64,000 nt of DNA from Octopus vulgaris (Eukaryota): NCBI GenBank assembly GCA_951406725.2, contig OX597814.1, positions 40,362,001-40,426,000 of the forward strand. The letters run 5' to 3'. How positions within the stretch are numbered: position 1 is the stretch's first letter; every line of letters starts with the position of its first letter. Below the pieces are notes generated by a model. The model was given only the letters and a program-made list of their open reading frames with translations. It had not been told where the DNA came from and ran no database searches. A program made the translations under genes and the position numbers. Positions 42,835-55,524 of this stretch are shown piece after piece.

Positions 42835-42836
<2 letters not shown>
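41970..42836 (-). mobile_element. SINE family A copy, interrupted by ~95 bp of foreign sequence and a nested family B SINE
   Basis: Body at 41970-42296; the remaining head (tgaacccggaaccatgtg...cttaccacac) resumes at 42792-42836. Confidence 0.8.
42375..42761 (+). mobile_element. Full-length tRNA-derived SINE (family B) with 14-bp target-site duplication
   Basis: A box tggcccagtgg, B box ggtttcgattccc; TSD tgatcatatacttt at 42361-42374 and 42762-42775. Confidence 0.9.
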
Positions 42837-42891
<55 letters not shown>

Positions 42892-42914
42892 TACATATAT
42901 ATATATACATATTC

Positions 42915-43131
42915 TCTTTTACTCTTTTACTTGTTTCAGTCATTTGACTGCGGCCTTGCTGGAGCACCGCTTTAATCGAGCAACTCGACCCCGGGACTTA
43001 TACTTTTGTAAGCCCAGTACTTATTCTATCGGTCTCTTTTGCCGAACCGCTAAGTAACGGGGACATAAATACGCCGACATCGGCTGTCAAGCAATGCTAA
43101 GGGGACAAACACAGACACACAAACACACACA

Positions 43132-43189
<58 letters not shown>

Positions 43190-43345
43190 TACGACGGGCT
43201 TCTTTCAGTTTCCGTCTACCAAATCCACTCACAAGGCTTTGGTCGGCCCGAGGCTATAGTAGAAGACACTTGCCCAATGGTGAGACTGAACCTGGAACCA
43301 TGTGGTTGGTAGACAAGCTACTTACCACACAGCCATTCCTGCGGC
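42915..43345 (-). mobile_element. Full-length tRNA-derived SINE, family A, with internal (CA)/(TA) microsatellite
   Basis: Minus-strand head gcaggaatggctgtgtggtaag (A box) ... ggttcagtctc (B box); tail ends in (gtaaaaga)-type repeats. Confidence 0.85.
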
Positions 43346-43346
43346 T

Positions 43347-43414
<68 letters not shown>

Positions 43415-43419
<5 letters not shown>

Positions 43420-43620
43420 AAACAGTTCACGAAAAAAACAAAAGACGCAGACAGATGATGCAGAAAACAAACAGATCTATTAGTATAACGCTCGGGAATA
43501 GAAGAACTCTTTTACATTTCGAGCCTACGCTCTTCTGCAGAAAGGGACAGAGAAAAAAAACAATGAGAGAAACAAGGAGAGAGAAAAAATGTGTGTAGTG
43601 GCTACCGATCTATCATGTCG
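43415..43620 (-). mobile_element. Solo PLE pseudo-LTR fragment with HHR-like motif (43508-43545)
   Basis: ccttt-CUGCAGA-a-gagc(gtag)gctc-GAAA-tg-UA-aaaga; same family as 59952-60274. Confidence 0.6.
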
Positions 43621-43663
43621 ATCTATATATAAATGTAATATGTGACAATTATTCGGTAGCCTT

Positions 43664-43724
43664 GATAAAACTCCGAGTTTCACATGTCGGGGTGGAAATC
43701 CACGCCGTCATCTCTTCAGTTATC
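43664..43724 (-). ncRNA. Type I hammerhead ribozyme (slightly decayed)
   Basis: gataa-CUGAAGA-[gatgacggcgtgga-tt-tccaccccgacatgt]-GAAA-ctcggag-UU-ttatc: 5-bp stem I, long stem II with a mismatch at its base. Confidence 0.65.
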
Positions 43725-44114
43725 CGGCCATCGGAAAAATGCTATGAAAATGACCGCTAAACAAAGAGAAATTACTGTGTGATTGACCGTTATTAAGACA
43801 AAAGTGCTATTTGAATGATCACTAAGTGGGCGGCGGTAGGAAATGTAAGTGGGCAAAAAGTTCGTAGTATTCGCTTAAGCGCGCACGTCGATACCTACAC
43901 ATGCGCGGTAAATTCGTAAGCAATATTTTCGAAGAAATACACGCTTCTATATTTTAACGTTAAGTCTGTTAGTTATTAAAAAATTACAATATGAATTGAG
44001 AAACAATTTATGGATAAAAGAGTTACAAAATCGGAAGAGAAACTACGAAATACCAACCAACGATATGTGCATATATGTATATATGTATATATATATGTAT
44101 ATCTATATATCCAA

Positions 44115-44173
<59 letters not shown>

Positions 44174-44910
44174 CATATGTTTATATGTACACAAATATGT
44201 ACATCTGTATACGTATGTGAATAAAGTTTATAAGATTTATAAGTAAATTATGGAATATGCTGTATAACCTATTAAATATGTTAATAGGTATAAATATAAA
44301 GTTGACACAACTTTAGAAGTAGTAATAATAATGATTATGATAGATAAATAAGAGTAATATTAATAATAATAAAAAGAAAAAGTCTTAGAAATAATATAAA
44401 TCTATTTGTATGCATAACCAAACGGATAAATAAACTCTATACATGAGTGTGTTTGCATTTTGTGGAAGTAGTTGTTGTGGACTTCGAATTACTGTAAGTA
44501 TTATCGTATATCATCTATAAGGTTATGGTTAATATAGGTAGATTTATAAGAAACAGAAGATAATATTTTAAAAATTGAGAAATGAAACTTCGGATAGTTA
44601 ATAGAAGTAGACATTATTTTAATATATATACATATAATAGAAATGGAATAGGTTACGAATAAGAAAATAGAAAAGGGTTTATATGCTCAAAATAGTCACC
44701 GAAAAAGTATTAAATGATTTTTGCATATAACAATGTTAAAAAGTAAAATGTATCATAGTTACTGGCAATAGTTAATTATGATAACAACAACAACAATGTT
44801 AATAATAATAATAAAAATGATGATGATGATGATGATGATGATGGTGATGATGGTGACGATGATGATGATGATGATGATGTTGATGATGATAATAACAACA
44901 ATAATAGTGT

Positions 44911-44966
<56 letters not shown>

Positions 44967-45084
44967 CCTCAGATACGCCGCCACGAGAGCACGTGCGTGA
45001 TAATATAAAAACATGGATTGCAATATTTCTACACGAAAGAATTAAAGGAAATTATGTTTTAATGCAAGCCATCTCAGGTAGGGA

Positions 45085-45137
<53 letters not shown>

Positions 45138-45144
45138 TACATAC

Positions 45145-45178
<34 letters not shown>

Positions 45179-45370
45179 TCCCTTAGATACGCCGACAGAA
45201 GAGCACGTTCGTAAAAATGTAAACACATAGATTGCAATATTTCTATACGAAACTGTAAATTTGTAAGTAAAATATTGGATTTAATATTTTAATTACATAT
45301 ACACCAATATTCATGCAAGACCTCTCTCTCTCTCTATGTATATGTGTATATATGCGTTATGTATGCATAT

Positions 45371-45413
<43 letters not shown>

Positions 45414-45471
45414 GGTGTGTGTGTGTGTGTGTGTGTATGTGAGTACACTGCTATCTCGGTCTCTCGCTTAC

Positions 45472-45517
45472 ACAACAATAATATTATGAATACGAAATAA
45501 ACATCAACACATGTCAT
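45472..45517 (-). CDS. Candidate first coding exon encoding a signal-peptide-like segment (MTCVDVYFVFIILLL)
   Basis: ATG at 45517, 15 mostly hydrophobic codons plus 1 nt, then donor GTAAGC at 45471 (phase 1). It lies ~160 nt downstream of the candidate TSS in non-repetitive sequence. Downstream exons were not found. Confidence 0.35.
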
Positions 45518-45678
45518 TGATCGTGAAAACGAAACTACGACAAAACCAAAGGACGATTGACTGGAATAGTTTGAATTGCTTCTTTTCAAGGCAGCACTGT
45601 CAGCGACCACTGGCAGTAGTAAACAGACTTGACCTCTGCTGAACCGCAGTGATGCGAAGATCCTTTTATCTCTATTGT

Positions 45679-45745
45679 TGACCTCTCCACTATCTGCCGA
45701 ATCTATTTATAGACCTGTATATTATGATTTATTCACCAATCTGAA
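45679..45745 (-). promoter_or_regulatory. Candidate Pol II core promoter (TATA + Inr-like + CCAAT)
   Basis: Minus-strand TATAAATAG at 45711-45703, TCA Inr-like element ~30-32 nt downstream (~45679), CCAAT on the opposite strand at ~45735. Confidence 0.35.
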
Positions 45746-46149
45746 GCCCAACTACAATGGTAGTGATGGTGATGGTGATAATGAAAAACGAAATAAAAGA
45801 ATGAAAATAATGATAATATGCTGCAGCGGTTGACACTGATTGCTACTAATACTACAATAATATTACAACTACTACTATTATAATAGCACAAGAAACTGAG
45901 CCCCAAAAAAACATCCTTAATACTACCCCACCCTGCTACTTCTTCTGTTACTGCAACCACTGCTACTTCTATTACACAAAAAAACATAATAATACTAGTG
46001 ATATCAGTGACGATAATAATAATAATGAAAGGAAGCAGGTGGAGTCTCGTTATGGGCTCATAATGACACATGTAGTAATAGTGTAACAAGAAACACACAG
46101 GTAATTGCGCAACCTGATAATCGCTACGTCATATGAGCGACAATGAAAA

Positions 46150-48230
46150 AAAAATATTGTGAATAACGGTGGTAATGAAACTAAAGCCAATGATGGTCAC
46201 AGTGTTACACCCGGTAGGCTCAGAAATTCTGGTCCGGCTCTAGCCTGTCGATATCCAGAAAGGGACCAATACACATGGCGTAGATGCAGCATACAAGTTA
46301 ATGCTATGGCCATGCAGTGTTACTAACTGAGCAACCCCTGTAGATAAAAATGCTGCTCAAATTAGGGGATTACCGACAACGTATGATCATTGGAGAGAAA
46401 AGGTATTGTTTCAACAGAGGCAACACTGTGGTGAAACTAGAGCAATAAGAAAAAATATTGCTGTTTCACAGAAGTAGAGCTCGAAGAGCAGCAGAGATAA
46501 GATTGAACATACAGTTCTTACTAATAAGAGAAATCTCATAGGACAGAAAAAGAGCAGTGGTAGCTTAATTGATGAGACACATATAAATGATATAAAAGAA
46601 GACAATAAATCTAATAGTGATATAAGAGATGAGGAAAAGGCAATCTACGACAGAATAAATGTAAGACTACAGGAGAAAGCGACGTTATTTGCAACTTTAA
46701 ACAATTTTATCGAGGGAAATTAAACCAAGAAAGAGAAAATGTCAATGAAATTCTGAAATACATCAGAACAAACATCACAGAAACAAATAATTTGATCAAA
46801 GCAGCAAGTATTGTTGTTGCAGAGAATGTGGGTGTCGATCTCAAGAAAAATAAACATAATGGGAGTAACAAAAGAAAAGATCCATAGTGGAAAAGAAGAA
46901 CCCAGGCAGAGTTAGACATGATCACAAAAGAAATCTCCGTGTTAGACCGAAAAGAGAAAGGGAAGCTTAAAAATGACCAAAAGTACAGGACACTGAAAAG
47001 GAAGTATAATATTGAAAGAAAGGGCCTGAATGTAGTAGTGGAGTAACTGAAACAGCGCTTTGTTGCAAAGAAAGCAAAGATGGTGAGATACGACCAAAGA
47101 ATGAAGGGTTATCAGGAGAATAGTTTATAATTTTTTCTCCATAGTACAACACTAAAGAGATTAACCAAATTTAGCATATGCCTTTTTTTATATATTGATA
47201 TATCTTTACACATGCTTAGTGAAAATATTGTGCTATAGAGCCAAATGTGTGCTTTCAGAGCAGCGTTTTTCAACCATTTTTTTACTTTGGTTCTTATCTG
47301 ACTCAGATGGACCCTTCTAACCATTCCCATTATATTTTTATAATTAAATAGTCTTTTACTCTTTTACTTGTTTCAGTCATTTAACTGCAAATACTGATAG
47401 GACACAGAAAGTGTGTCTATAGCCAGCTGGAGGGGGTGTCCTCCTGGAGTTACAAACTACAGTAGCATCCACCCTTAGGGATTAGCCATATTTAAATGGC
47501 AAATATACGTCACGATGTGTTGTAGCTACTGTTTATAACTCGCTCTAATATTTAATATTGGTTAGTTTATTCAGAGTAGATCAGAAAATATTATATGACG
47601 AAAAAAACATGGAGGAGGTACAAATGAAAAGTTAATGCCAGATAACATTGAAAGTCAATGTTTTTGAAGTGACCTCTGGAGCAAAACAAGGAGCAGAGGA
47701 AGGATGCTGAATGGTGGCAAGATCTGAAACAAACAATAGTCTGCCCAAAACAGGCAGAACTTGTCATTTCAGTGAGGGAAGTGAAGGAAATAAGCAAAAA
47801 AATGAGCACCTGGACGGCCCCGTGACCAGATGGAGTTGAAGGATACTGGATCAAAAGATTTGGTGAATGACATGCACGAATAGCTGTGCAACTAAATACC
47901 TTGGTAAATGCCGAGCAAGCAACACCAGAGTGGTTGACATTGCGCAGGACAGTACTGTGCCTGAAGACATCGCAAAGGGTAATACCGTAGACAGTTAAAG
48001 GCCGATATCCTGTTTGCCACTTATGTGGAAGTTATTGACTGGAATACTCGAAGAGTCAATGTACGAACATCTAGAAAAAAATGTAGTCCAATCACATGAG
48101 CAGAAGGGTTAGAAGCGTAAGTGCAGAGGTAACAAGGATAAATTCCTGATTAACAAAACTATACTTAGAGACTGAAAGACGAGGAAAAGTAACTTAGCCA
48201 TGTCATGGATCGACTATCGTAATGTGTACG
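46150..48230 (+). mobile_element. R4/Dong-type non-LTR retrotransposon remnant (N-terminal region plus start of RT), interrupted at ~47130-47640
   Basis: NITETNNLIKAASIVVAENVG...P*WKRR...LKQRFVAKKAKMVRY; then WTAP*PDGVEGYWIKRF...[17 protein letters not shown]...EQKG*KRKCRGNKD...NLAMSWIDY. Many stops. Confidence 0.85.
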
Positions 48231-49034
48231 GTACGTATTGAGAAAAATAGATTGCAAATAAAATTATGTATACCTATGTGTGTCTATTAACTAATGGTCC
48301 AATAATTGTCTAAAAATATATATTGAGACAGAGGGGAATGTATATGAATATTTGGTATAGGTTTTAATATTAGGTAAAATATGAGGTTCGTACAATATAT
48401 GGGGGGCGGAGAATAACATATTATTATCCAAGTAGTTAAGATAATCAAAGTAGAGAGCATTATAGAATATAAATTATATATAGATAGTAATAATGTAGAG
48501 CGTGATATTATACAAAACAATTATAAGTAGAAGGATTAAGATGAAAATGGTTAATGTAGTGGGGTGGAAAGATGATTTAAGATAAATAAAAATGAAGTAT
48601 TAAGTATGTCTGGAAAAAAATACTTTTTCTTCTCTCGAATTTACAAGAAGACATTCATTTTCATTATTTTGTAACTTCCTCCTGGGCATAATTTGCAGAT
48701 CTTGTTATTATGTCTATAAAATGAAACTGAAGAAAATATTTTCTAAGAAATTAAGTAATCTGTATAACTTCTTATCAAACATTTTTGGATAAACCTGTGC
48801 TATTTTTTTCTAGGGTCATTGAAGTATGATCTATGATTATTTAATCTTAATTTGAATGAATTTTGTGCACGTCCGATATAAGTAAATTCAGAGAGATTAT
48901 GAGTACTAATTGTTGCATTTTAATGTTACCTTCTACACCACAATTATTGCATTTTAAAGTTACATTCTACCTCACAAATATTCGGGTTTCTACAATTAAA
49001 ACTACAATAATTAGGTTGTACCCTATTGTTATAC

Positions 49035-49430
49035 TCTTTTACTATTTTACTTGTTTCAGTCATTTGAATGTGGACATGCTGGGGCACGGCCTTTAATTGA
49101 GCAAATCTACCCCACGACTTATTCTTTGTAAACCTAGTACTTATTCTATCGGTCTCTTTTGCCGAACCGCTAAGTTACGGGGACGTAAACACACCAGCAT
49201 CGTTTGTCAAACGATGTTGGTCGGGACAAACACAGACACACAAACGTATACACACACACACACACACATACATACATACATACATGTATATTCATATATA
49301 CGACGGGAATCTTTCAGTTTCCATCTACCAAATTCCCCCACAAGGCTTTGATCGGCCCGAGTCTATAGTAGAAGACACTTGCCCAATGTACCACGCATTA
49401 TTAATGGACCCGGAACCATGTGGTTGACAA
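49035..49430 (-). mobile_element. tRNA-derived SINE, family A
   Basis: Same blocks as 42915-43345. Confidence 0.8.
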
Positions 49431-49434
49431 GCTT

Positions 49435-51130
49435 TGGACCTTGAACAGTTCAAAGAAGAATTTGACAGGCTAAAAGCTTCAACTGAGGAGTACTGAATGA
49501 AATCACAACATCAGAGACAACAGTTTATAACTAACTAAAGAAGCAATATGAAAAAAAATGATTAAGACAATACCAAATAAAATATTAGACACAAAGTGAA
49601 ACTAGTATAAGCATTGTAAGGCTATTCAGTAGCATCGGACATTTAAACACTGGCTGAAGAATGGAAAGGAGCATTAGAAGAATGGTGTAAGCTGTGAAAG
49701 TGTTAAAGGAGCAAACAAATTTTTGATCACATATGTGGAGAAAAGATCAACAACTTACTGAGGGCGACAGGTATGGAAATTTGAAAATGAAATGGAAAAT
49801 TGGTCAATACAAATATTTCAGTAATGTAAGTGGAAAAGGAAGTTTAGCTATACCTAGGTATAAAGCGAACATTCCGGATAGGTTTCTGAGATTCTGGTTT
49901 TAGAATATTTCTAGTAGCCGAGGTATACTGAACGATTTCTTATTGATAGTATAGAAAATAAATTTTGGATAACAAAACTAATTACAGTGAGAATGCAGAG
50001 GGAAGATATGAAACGATAAGTTTGCCATCAGAGAACTGTCAAACGATTATATTTGTTCTAGGAATTACATAATAATGTCTCTGCATGAAAGCGTTATAAT
50101 GTACAAGAGAAGAAATATCTACTACCAGTATATCGAAAGTGATGAAATACAATTCAAAGGGAACTTAATAGCATGACTAACTGAGGCATGAATAAGAAGG
50201 ACATCATAATTTGGGGTTGGATAAATTTACAGACATATACAATAATTTACACTGCAACTGGATTTTGAAGTGCTCGTAATCTATGGCTGTCAATGCAATT
50301 TTTGTTCTTTAAAAAACAATGTAATGAGTTAATTGGAAGTATAAACGAATTGTAAATATGTATCAACGGCAAGTGTGAATGTAGGTTTCTTTGTCCAGCA
50401 AAAAAAAAAACTCGGGCTCTGCACTATCTGACTTGACTGCGCCATGACCAGCCAGCTTAGAAAACTTAGGCCAGCCCGTGAGCAAAAGAATTTCATTTTA
50501 AATATAAATCACCTGCCATTTATGGAAGATCTCATAATATCTGCCAAAAATGAAAACCATCTAGATTATTTTGTCTAAATTGTTAGAATATTTAACAAGA
50601 ATACTGGTAAGCTACTTCTGGCAGATACGTGTACTGTTCTAGATATGAAGGTATCTAGTAAGATTTAAAACCTATGATATGAAGGTACCGCAATTTCATA
50701 TTAAATTTCTGAGTTATAAGGCAAATTACAAATACCTAGGTTTTCTGCGGGGTGATAATTTAATTAGGAAGGATTAAGAACATACTTGAAACAAATAGAA
50801 TTGGAGATAATTATATCAAAGGAATCAATTGTCGTTTTCAGAGTGCTGAGATGATGTGCTCCTTTTTAAAAGTGGACAAAGACAGAGCTATAGAAATTAC
50901 AAAGGAAAACTATGACGCTGTTCACAAATCAACATAATCTTCTACTCACATCATCATACCACATAGATAATAGGCTGCAATATATTGGAGTTGCAGCACA
51001 TACTCTTTTCCAGATTTAAAAAAGAAATCAGTGAAACAGACAAATCAAGAATAAATGGAACGGCAGGACAGATGCCTGGAATGAGAAGGAATTACATGGT
51101 CAATTCAATACAACGAGGATGTGATCGTGA
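49435..51130 (+). mobile_element. Very decayed R4/Dong-type RT remnant
   Basis: INHLPFMEDLIISAKNENHL (~50505-50565) matches the INHLLFMDDLKLYAK motif; NYKYLG at ~50725. Confidence 0.55.
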
Positions 51131-51697
51131 GTCGTTGCAGAACTAGTCTTAATGACGTATTTCATAAAATGTAAATAGTGTAAATAGTCTGTTTACAAAT
51201 TCAGACTATGTGAAGCAGTGCAAGAAATTATTTACAATCTTTGAAGTGAGTCCAGTAAGCTAGTACATGTAAAGCACAAGTAAGAGCGTAAGTGTATCGT
51301 TCTAAGAATACCTAACGATGGTCACCAAGTTTCTGATCTGGTCGTGACGCAATATAGTTTCAACACGTACCTGAGTTGGTAAATCAAAATTAAGAAATAT
51401 TTCCTGTTTAAGTTTTCTTTATATACCATTATTATATTGAGTAATTGGGTGGATATCGTGGTAGATGAGGGCATTAACACACAAACTCAACCAAATGGAA
51501 GAAAACGGTGTGTTACACGAAGTTAGAGACTATTTCCTATCTCAAATGCTGTTCAGTAGAAAACAGTACAAAAAATATCTGAATATATCAACAATACTAT
51601 ACCTCGACAATTCAAAGATCTTTTCTTTACGTGTGACAAATACTCCAATCAAAATACAAGATATTTAATTTATCATGCATGAAAATGTACATCAAAC

Positions 51698-51768
<71 letters not shown>
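51698..51768. repeat. (TAA)n microsatellite, target of the adjacent Dong-type insertion
   Basis: Direct reading. Confidence 0.95.
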
Positions 51769-51771
<3 letters not shown>

Positions 51772-52120
51772 CAATAAAGTTTGCTTATTGATCGACATGA
51801 GCATCCCCTGTGATCATAATATCTCAGCGAAAGAGTTTGACAAGCTCAGAAAATATAAAGACCTACTCATTGAAATTGAGAAAATGTGGCATCTCAAGGC
51901 GGTTACAATACCAGTGATCGTAGGAGCACTAGGAATGATCAAGAAGGGAACCGAAAATTATATGAGAATGATCCCTGGCTTACCATCCCCGCAAGAAGTG
52001 CAAAATATTGTCTTAACTAGTACATCACACGTATTGAGAAGAGCAGTTTTTTTGCCCTAGGAGTCGGGAAGACACTCGGCAAGAAATGGAAGCAAATTTG
52101 AAAAAAGAAAAAAAAAAAAA
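51769..52120 (+). mobile_element. Young 5'-truncated R4/Dong-type insertion: restriction-like endonuclease C-terminus, 3' UTR and A-rich tail
   Basis: Open frame CLLIDMSIPCDHNISAKEFDKLRKYKDLLIEIEKMWHLKAVTIPVIVGALG...; preceded by (TAA)n and followed by poly(A) then taataa. Confidence 0.88.
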
Positions 52121-52124
52121 TAAT

Positions 52125-52480
52125 AAGCTAAGAAATGGAGTGTTAATTAGAAGAATGAGCATGTGTCTCCGCTGTACCGCATCTGAAATAGAGTGGAGGA
52201 AACCATTGTCCATATCGCGAGCGAATGTCCTACACTAGCCCCAAACCATTACAAGTGGCGACATGAAAGTTTGCGAGAGTGCTACTTTGGAATCTTTGCA
52301 AAAAAGTGGGGGATAGAGAGTGGCAAGACGTGTTATGAGCACAAACAGCTGAAATTGCCAGACTCAGAAACTAGCTAAATCCTCTGGAATTTCCCAATCC
52401 AAATAGAGAAGCTGCTGGACCTTGACGAAATGGACATACTGGCGGTGGACAAGGTGCACAGTATATGTTATATAGTTGAA
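52125..52480 (+). mobile_element. R4/Dong-type remnant: CCHC zinc-knuckle region
   Basis: SPLYRI*NRVEETIVHIASECPTLAPNHYKWRH matches the CxxC...ETxxHIxSxC...Y..RH motif. Confidence 0.75.
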
Positions 52481-52770
52481 GAATTGTCAAGAAGAAAGGC
52501 GAAAAATGCACATTCTTGGCTTCTAATGGTGTAGCTTCCTTGACCGTAGCTGTTTCCGCGTAGCTTGCCATAATGCTACGAACCTCTTGATCCCCAATGG
52601 GGAGAAATGGAACAAAAACAACAGCAGCAAGAAACAACAACACGCGCGAGACACTTCCACAATATTATCAACAGGAAAAAACAACAGTTCACACTTGCTT
52701 CGCACAAAAATAAACCTTTTCGCATAAAAATCACACTAATTCGCCAACAATGCAACTGAACGACTCATTG

Positions 52771-52887
52771 TGTCAAAATATTTTCATCGCTTTGAGTCCG
52801 CGACCTGTTTACTGACAAAATTCCGTGCTTCACAGTATTTTGTCAGTGAACAGGTCGCGGTCTCGAAGCGACGAAAATATTTTGACA
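52771..52887. repeat. Long hairpin / MITE-like inverted repeat (51-bp arms, 15-nt loop)
   Basis: Arms 52771-52821 and 52837-52887, with 4 mismatches in 51 bp. Confidence 0.9.
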
Positions 52888-53016
52888 AATTAAATTTAAA
52901 TGTTGATGCGTGTTTCTTAAATGGCTTATTAACACCTTCCACATTGCAATTGATCTCGTTCCAGCACACGATCTAAGATCAGGTCGCTTGCTATGCAAAT
53001 ATATCTCCGTAATATG

Positions 53017-53070
<54 letters not shown>

Positions 53071-55126
53071 TGTGTGCGTGTGTGTGTGTGTGCATGTATA
53101 TGTATGTATAGGTATGGGTATACCGCCGAGGAGATATATTCCTAGCTTATTCTGTGTACCTCTTCCACTGTACATTTGGTTTCTTACATCTGTGATCTCT
53201 TTGCACTTTCCCATTAACAAATGCAATTCATTTCCCTTAGTAAATTTTTCCTGTTTCATTAACACTTCGATGCTCTAACCTTTAACCTTGTTGCCTCTTA
53301 CTCAATTATTCTACTGTGTACAACCTCATTACTATACCACATCCCTCCTCCAGCCCACCTGAAGTTTGCTTTCGTTGTCAGTAGCGCCTCCAACGTATCC
53401 AAGGATAATAATACACACCAGATAAATAAAATTTGCTTAAATATTACCACCATATTCTGAAATACACCGCATAAGACAAGTAACATGAATATGCAAAACA
53501 CACTCAAGCAACTACACTATCCAAAATATAGACAAAAATTTAATGCCTGCACAATTCTGAAGTCATTTTCGAACATGCTATGTTGCTAAATAACAGCTGT
53601 CGTTGCATGAAATACCATATTAAAATAATTCATTTAAATTCCATTTTGATTTTAATAATTTGGGCCTTTTAGTATTCTCTAGGGACCACTATAATTATCA
53701 TCATGAAACAAAGTAGCATATATATTTTCTGTACAATTTGTAATAACAAGTTCAAAACTATAAGCTCTGCGATATGTGGATATTTTAAGATTTTACTGAA
53801 GACGATGATTATGAAGTATATTTTCTAAAGATTCATTGATAGAAATTGTGGGAGATAGAAATTGCCCAATTTTATATGATTATTCACACCAGCACATCTC
53901 TAGAAGGAATCGCCGTATTAAGATTGAAATAGAATTATCTCAATTAAATTTGGATGGAATACATTATTGCAATATGTTCATATCACTGGACATGCAAAAT
54001 ACGAATTATTAAATATTAATTTTTGTTTACATGAAGGAGAAATTTATAAAAGTAGTACTCATACAATACTGACATGTTTCATTTTCGATCTATATTTGTT
54101 ATACCACACACTGAAATATACTGCAATTTTGTAAATAAAAAACAATTATTGTTACTTTATTTGAATAAAAAGTGTAATTTGGCAACTATTATATTTGTTT
54201 TAACTTTGTTATACCCAAGGGTTTCATATGAAGTTACATTGTACAGATATTTGTGAGACTGAATTCAGTGAAAGAAACTTCTATATATCGACCACAATAT
54301 TATCAACAATTTATATATCCCTTTTAGAAAATATTTCGAAAAATATTTTCAGTGCATAGTTTCTCAATTTGCTAATCGATCGTCAAAAACAACTTTCAGG
54401 CCATTTTTTATCACAATTCATTTACCTATTGGAATGTAACAATCATTTGAAGAAAAGTTGCGTTGCTTAGTATATTCATTTGTGTTTATTTTATTTTCAC
54501 ACACTTTATATGATTCGGTCAGTATTTCCCTTCAGCATTCCAGAACATTCACCAATTACCAAGGTAAACTTTTAATATTCTGTAAGTTAATTTCCCACTC
54601 ACCCTCATCCTCCGTTATACAGTTGTTAATCACATTATTGCTCAATAGTTTTCCCAAAAACACCGACAACGAACACTGTTGATTATCAGTAACTGATTTA
54701 ATCAAGTGAATATAAAAATACTGACCATTTGTTTTAAATTAGTGTTAATATATCACGTTGTATATAAAGTTGGAAAGTTGAATGACTACCAACACGTTTT
54801 ATTAGAAAGTGTACTGCTAATAATTTCACCGTAAGAAGTTCTAACTTGTGTTTTGTTCAATTACACAACATATGATGTTAAACATATTACAATAAAGGCC
54901 GCAAAATTGTTATCCATAATAAGCTGTGCGGCTTGCTAAAAGACGCCTCTCACTGCATTTCTAGCAGAACGTAAAGATTTTGTTTAGTTATTGTAAATAA
55001 ATGTATTCAGTATTAAAACTTGCGAAATCGATTCTTTTCGCTTATACATTTATGCAAGTGCACGCTCATATGACTGCATAAATGAATACACATACACCAT
55101 GACATGCAAGTATATATATATATATG

Positions 55127-55228
<102 letters not shown>

Positions 55229-55431
55229 GAAATAGAAAGATGAATAATCTTGTTGCAGATTAATCAAAAGTTTAACCGATACCTTGGTAGCAAAAATCAC
55301 AGCAGAAGACAGCACGGTTGGAGGTACAACCATATGGTGTTGCAACCGTGCGTTGGTGCGGATAATTGAATTTTAATATTATTAGTGAATTGAAGAAATG
55401 GAGTTGAACGAAGATTGAACAGAAATCGTTT

Positions 55432-55524
55432 TATTGCATTCTACACGTGTTTCGAAAGGCACAACTTGCCAAATTCCGATTGAATAAGGAGACCATATTG
55501 TGTCTTTCTCTTCAGGAAGAAATA
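55432..55524 (-). ncRNA. Type I hammerhead ribozyme in the 3' region (pLTR) of the PLE
   Basis: ttc-CUGAAGA-[gaaagacacaa...ttgtgcctttc]-GAAA-cacgtg-UA-gaa; same sense as the PLE ORF. Confidence 0.8.

Noticed and set aside
45690-45716. Possible terminal exon encoding SINRFGR* (RFamide-like)
   Set aside because: The AG has no polypyrimidine tract and there is no upstream precursor evidence. The same bases are better explained as a TATA box.
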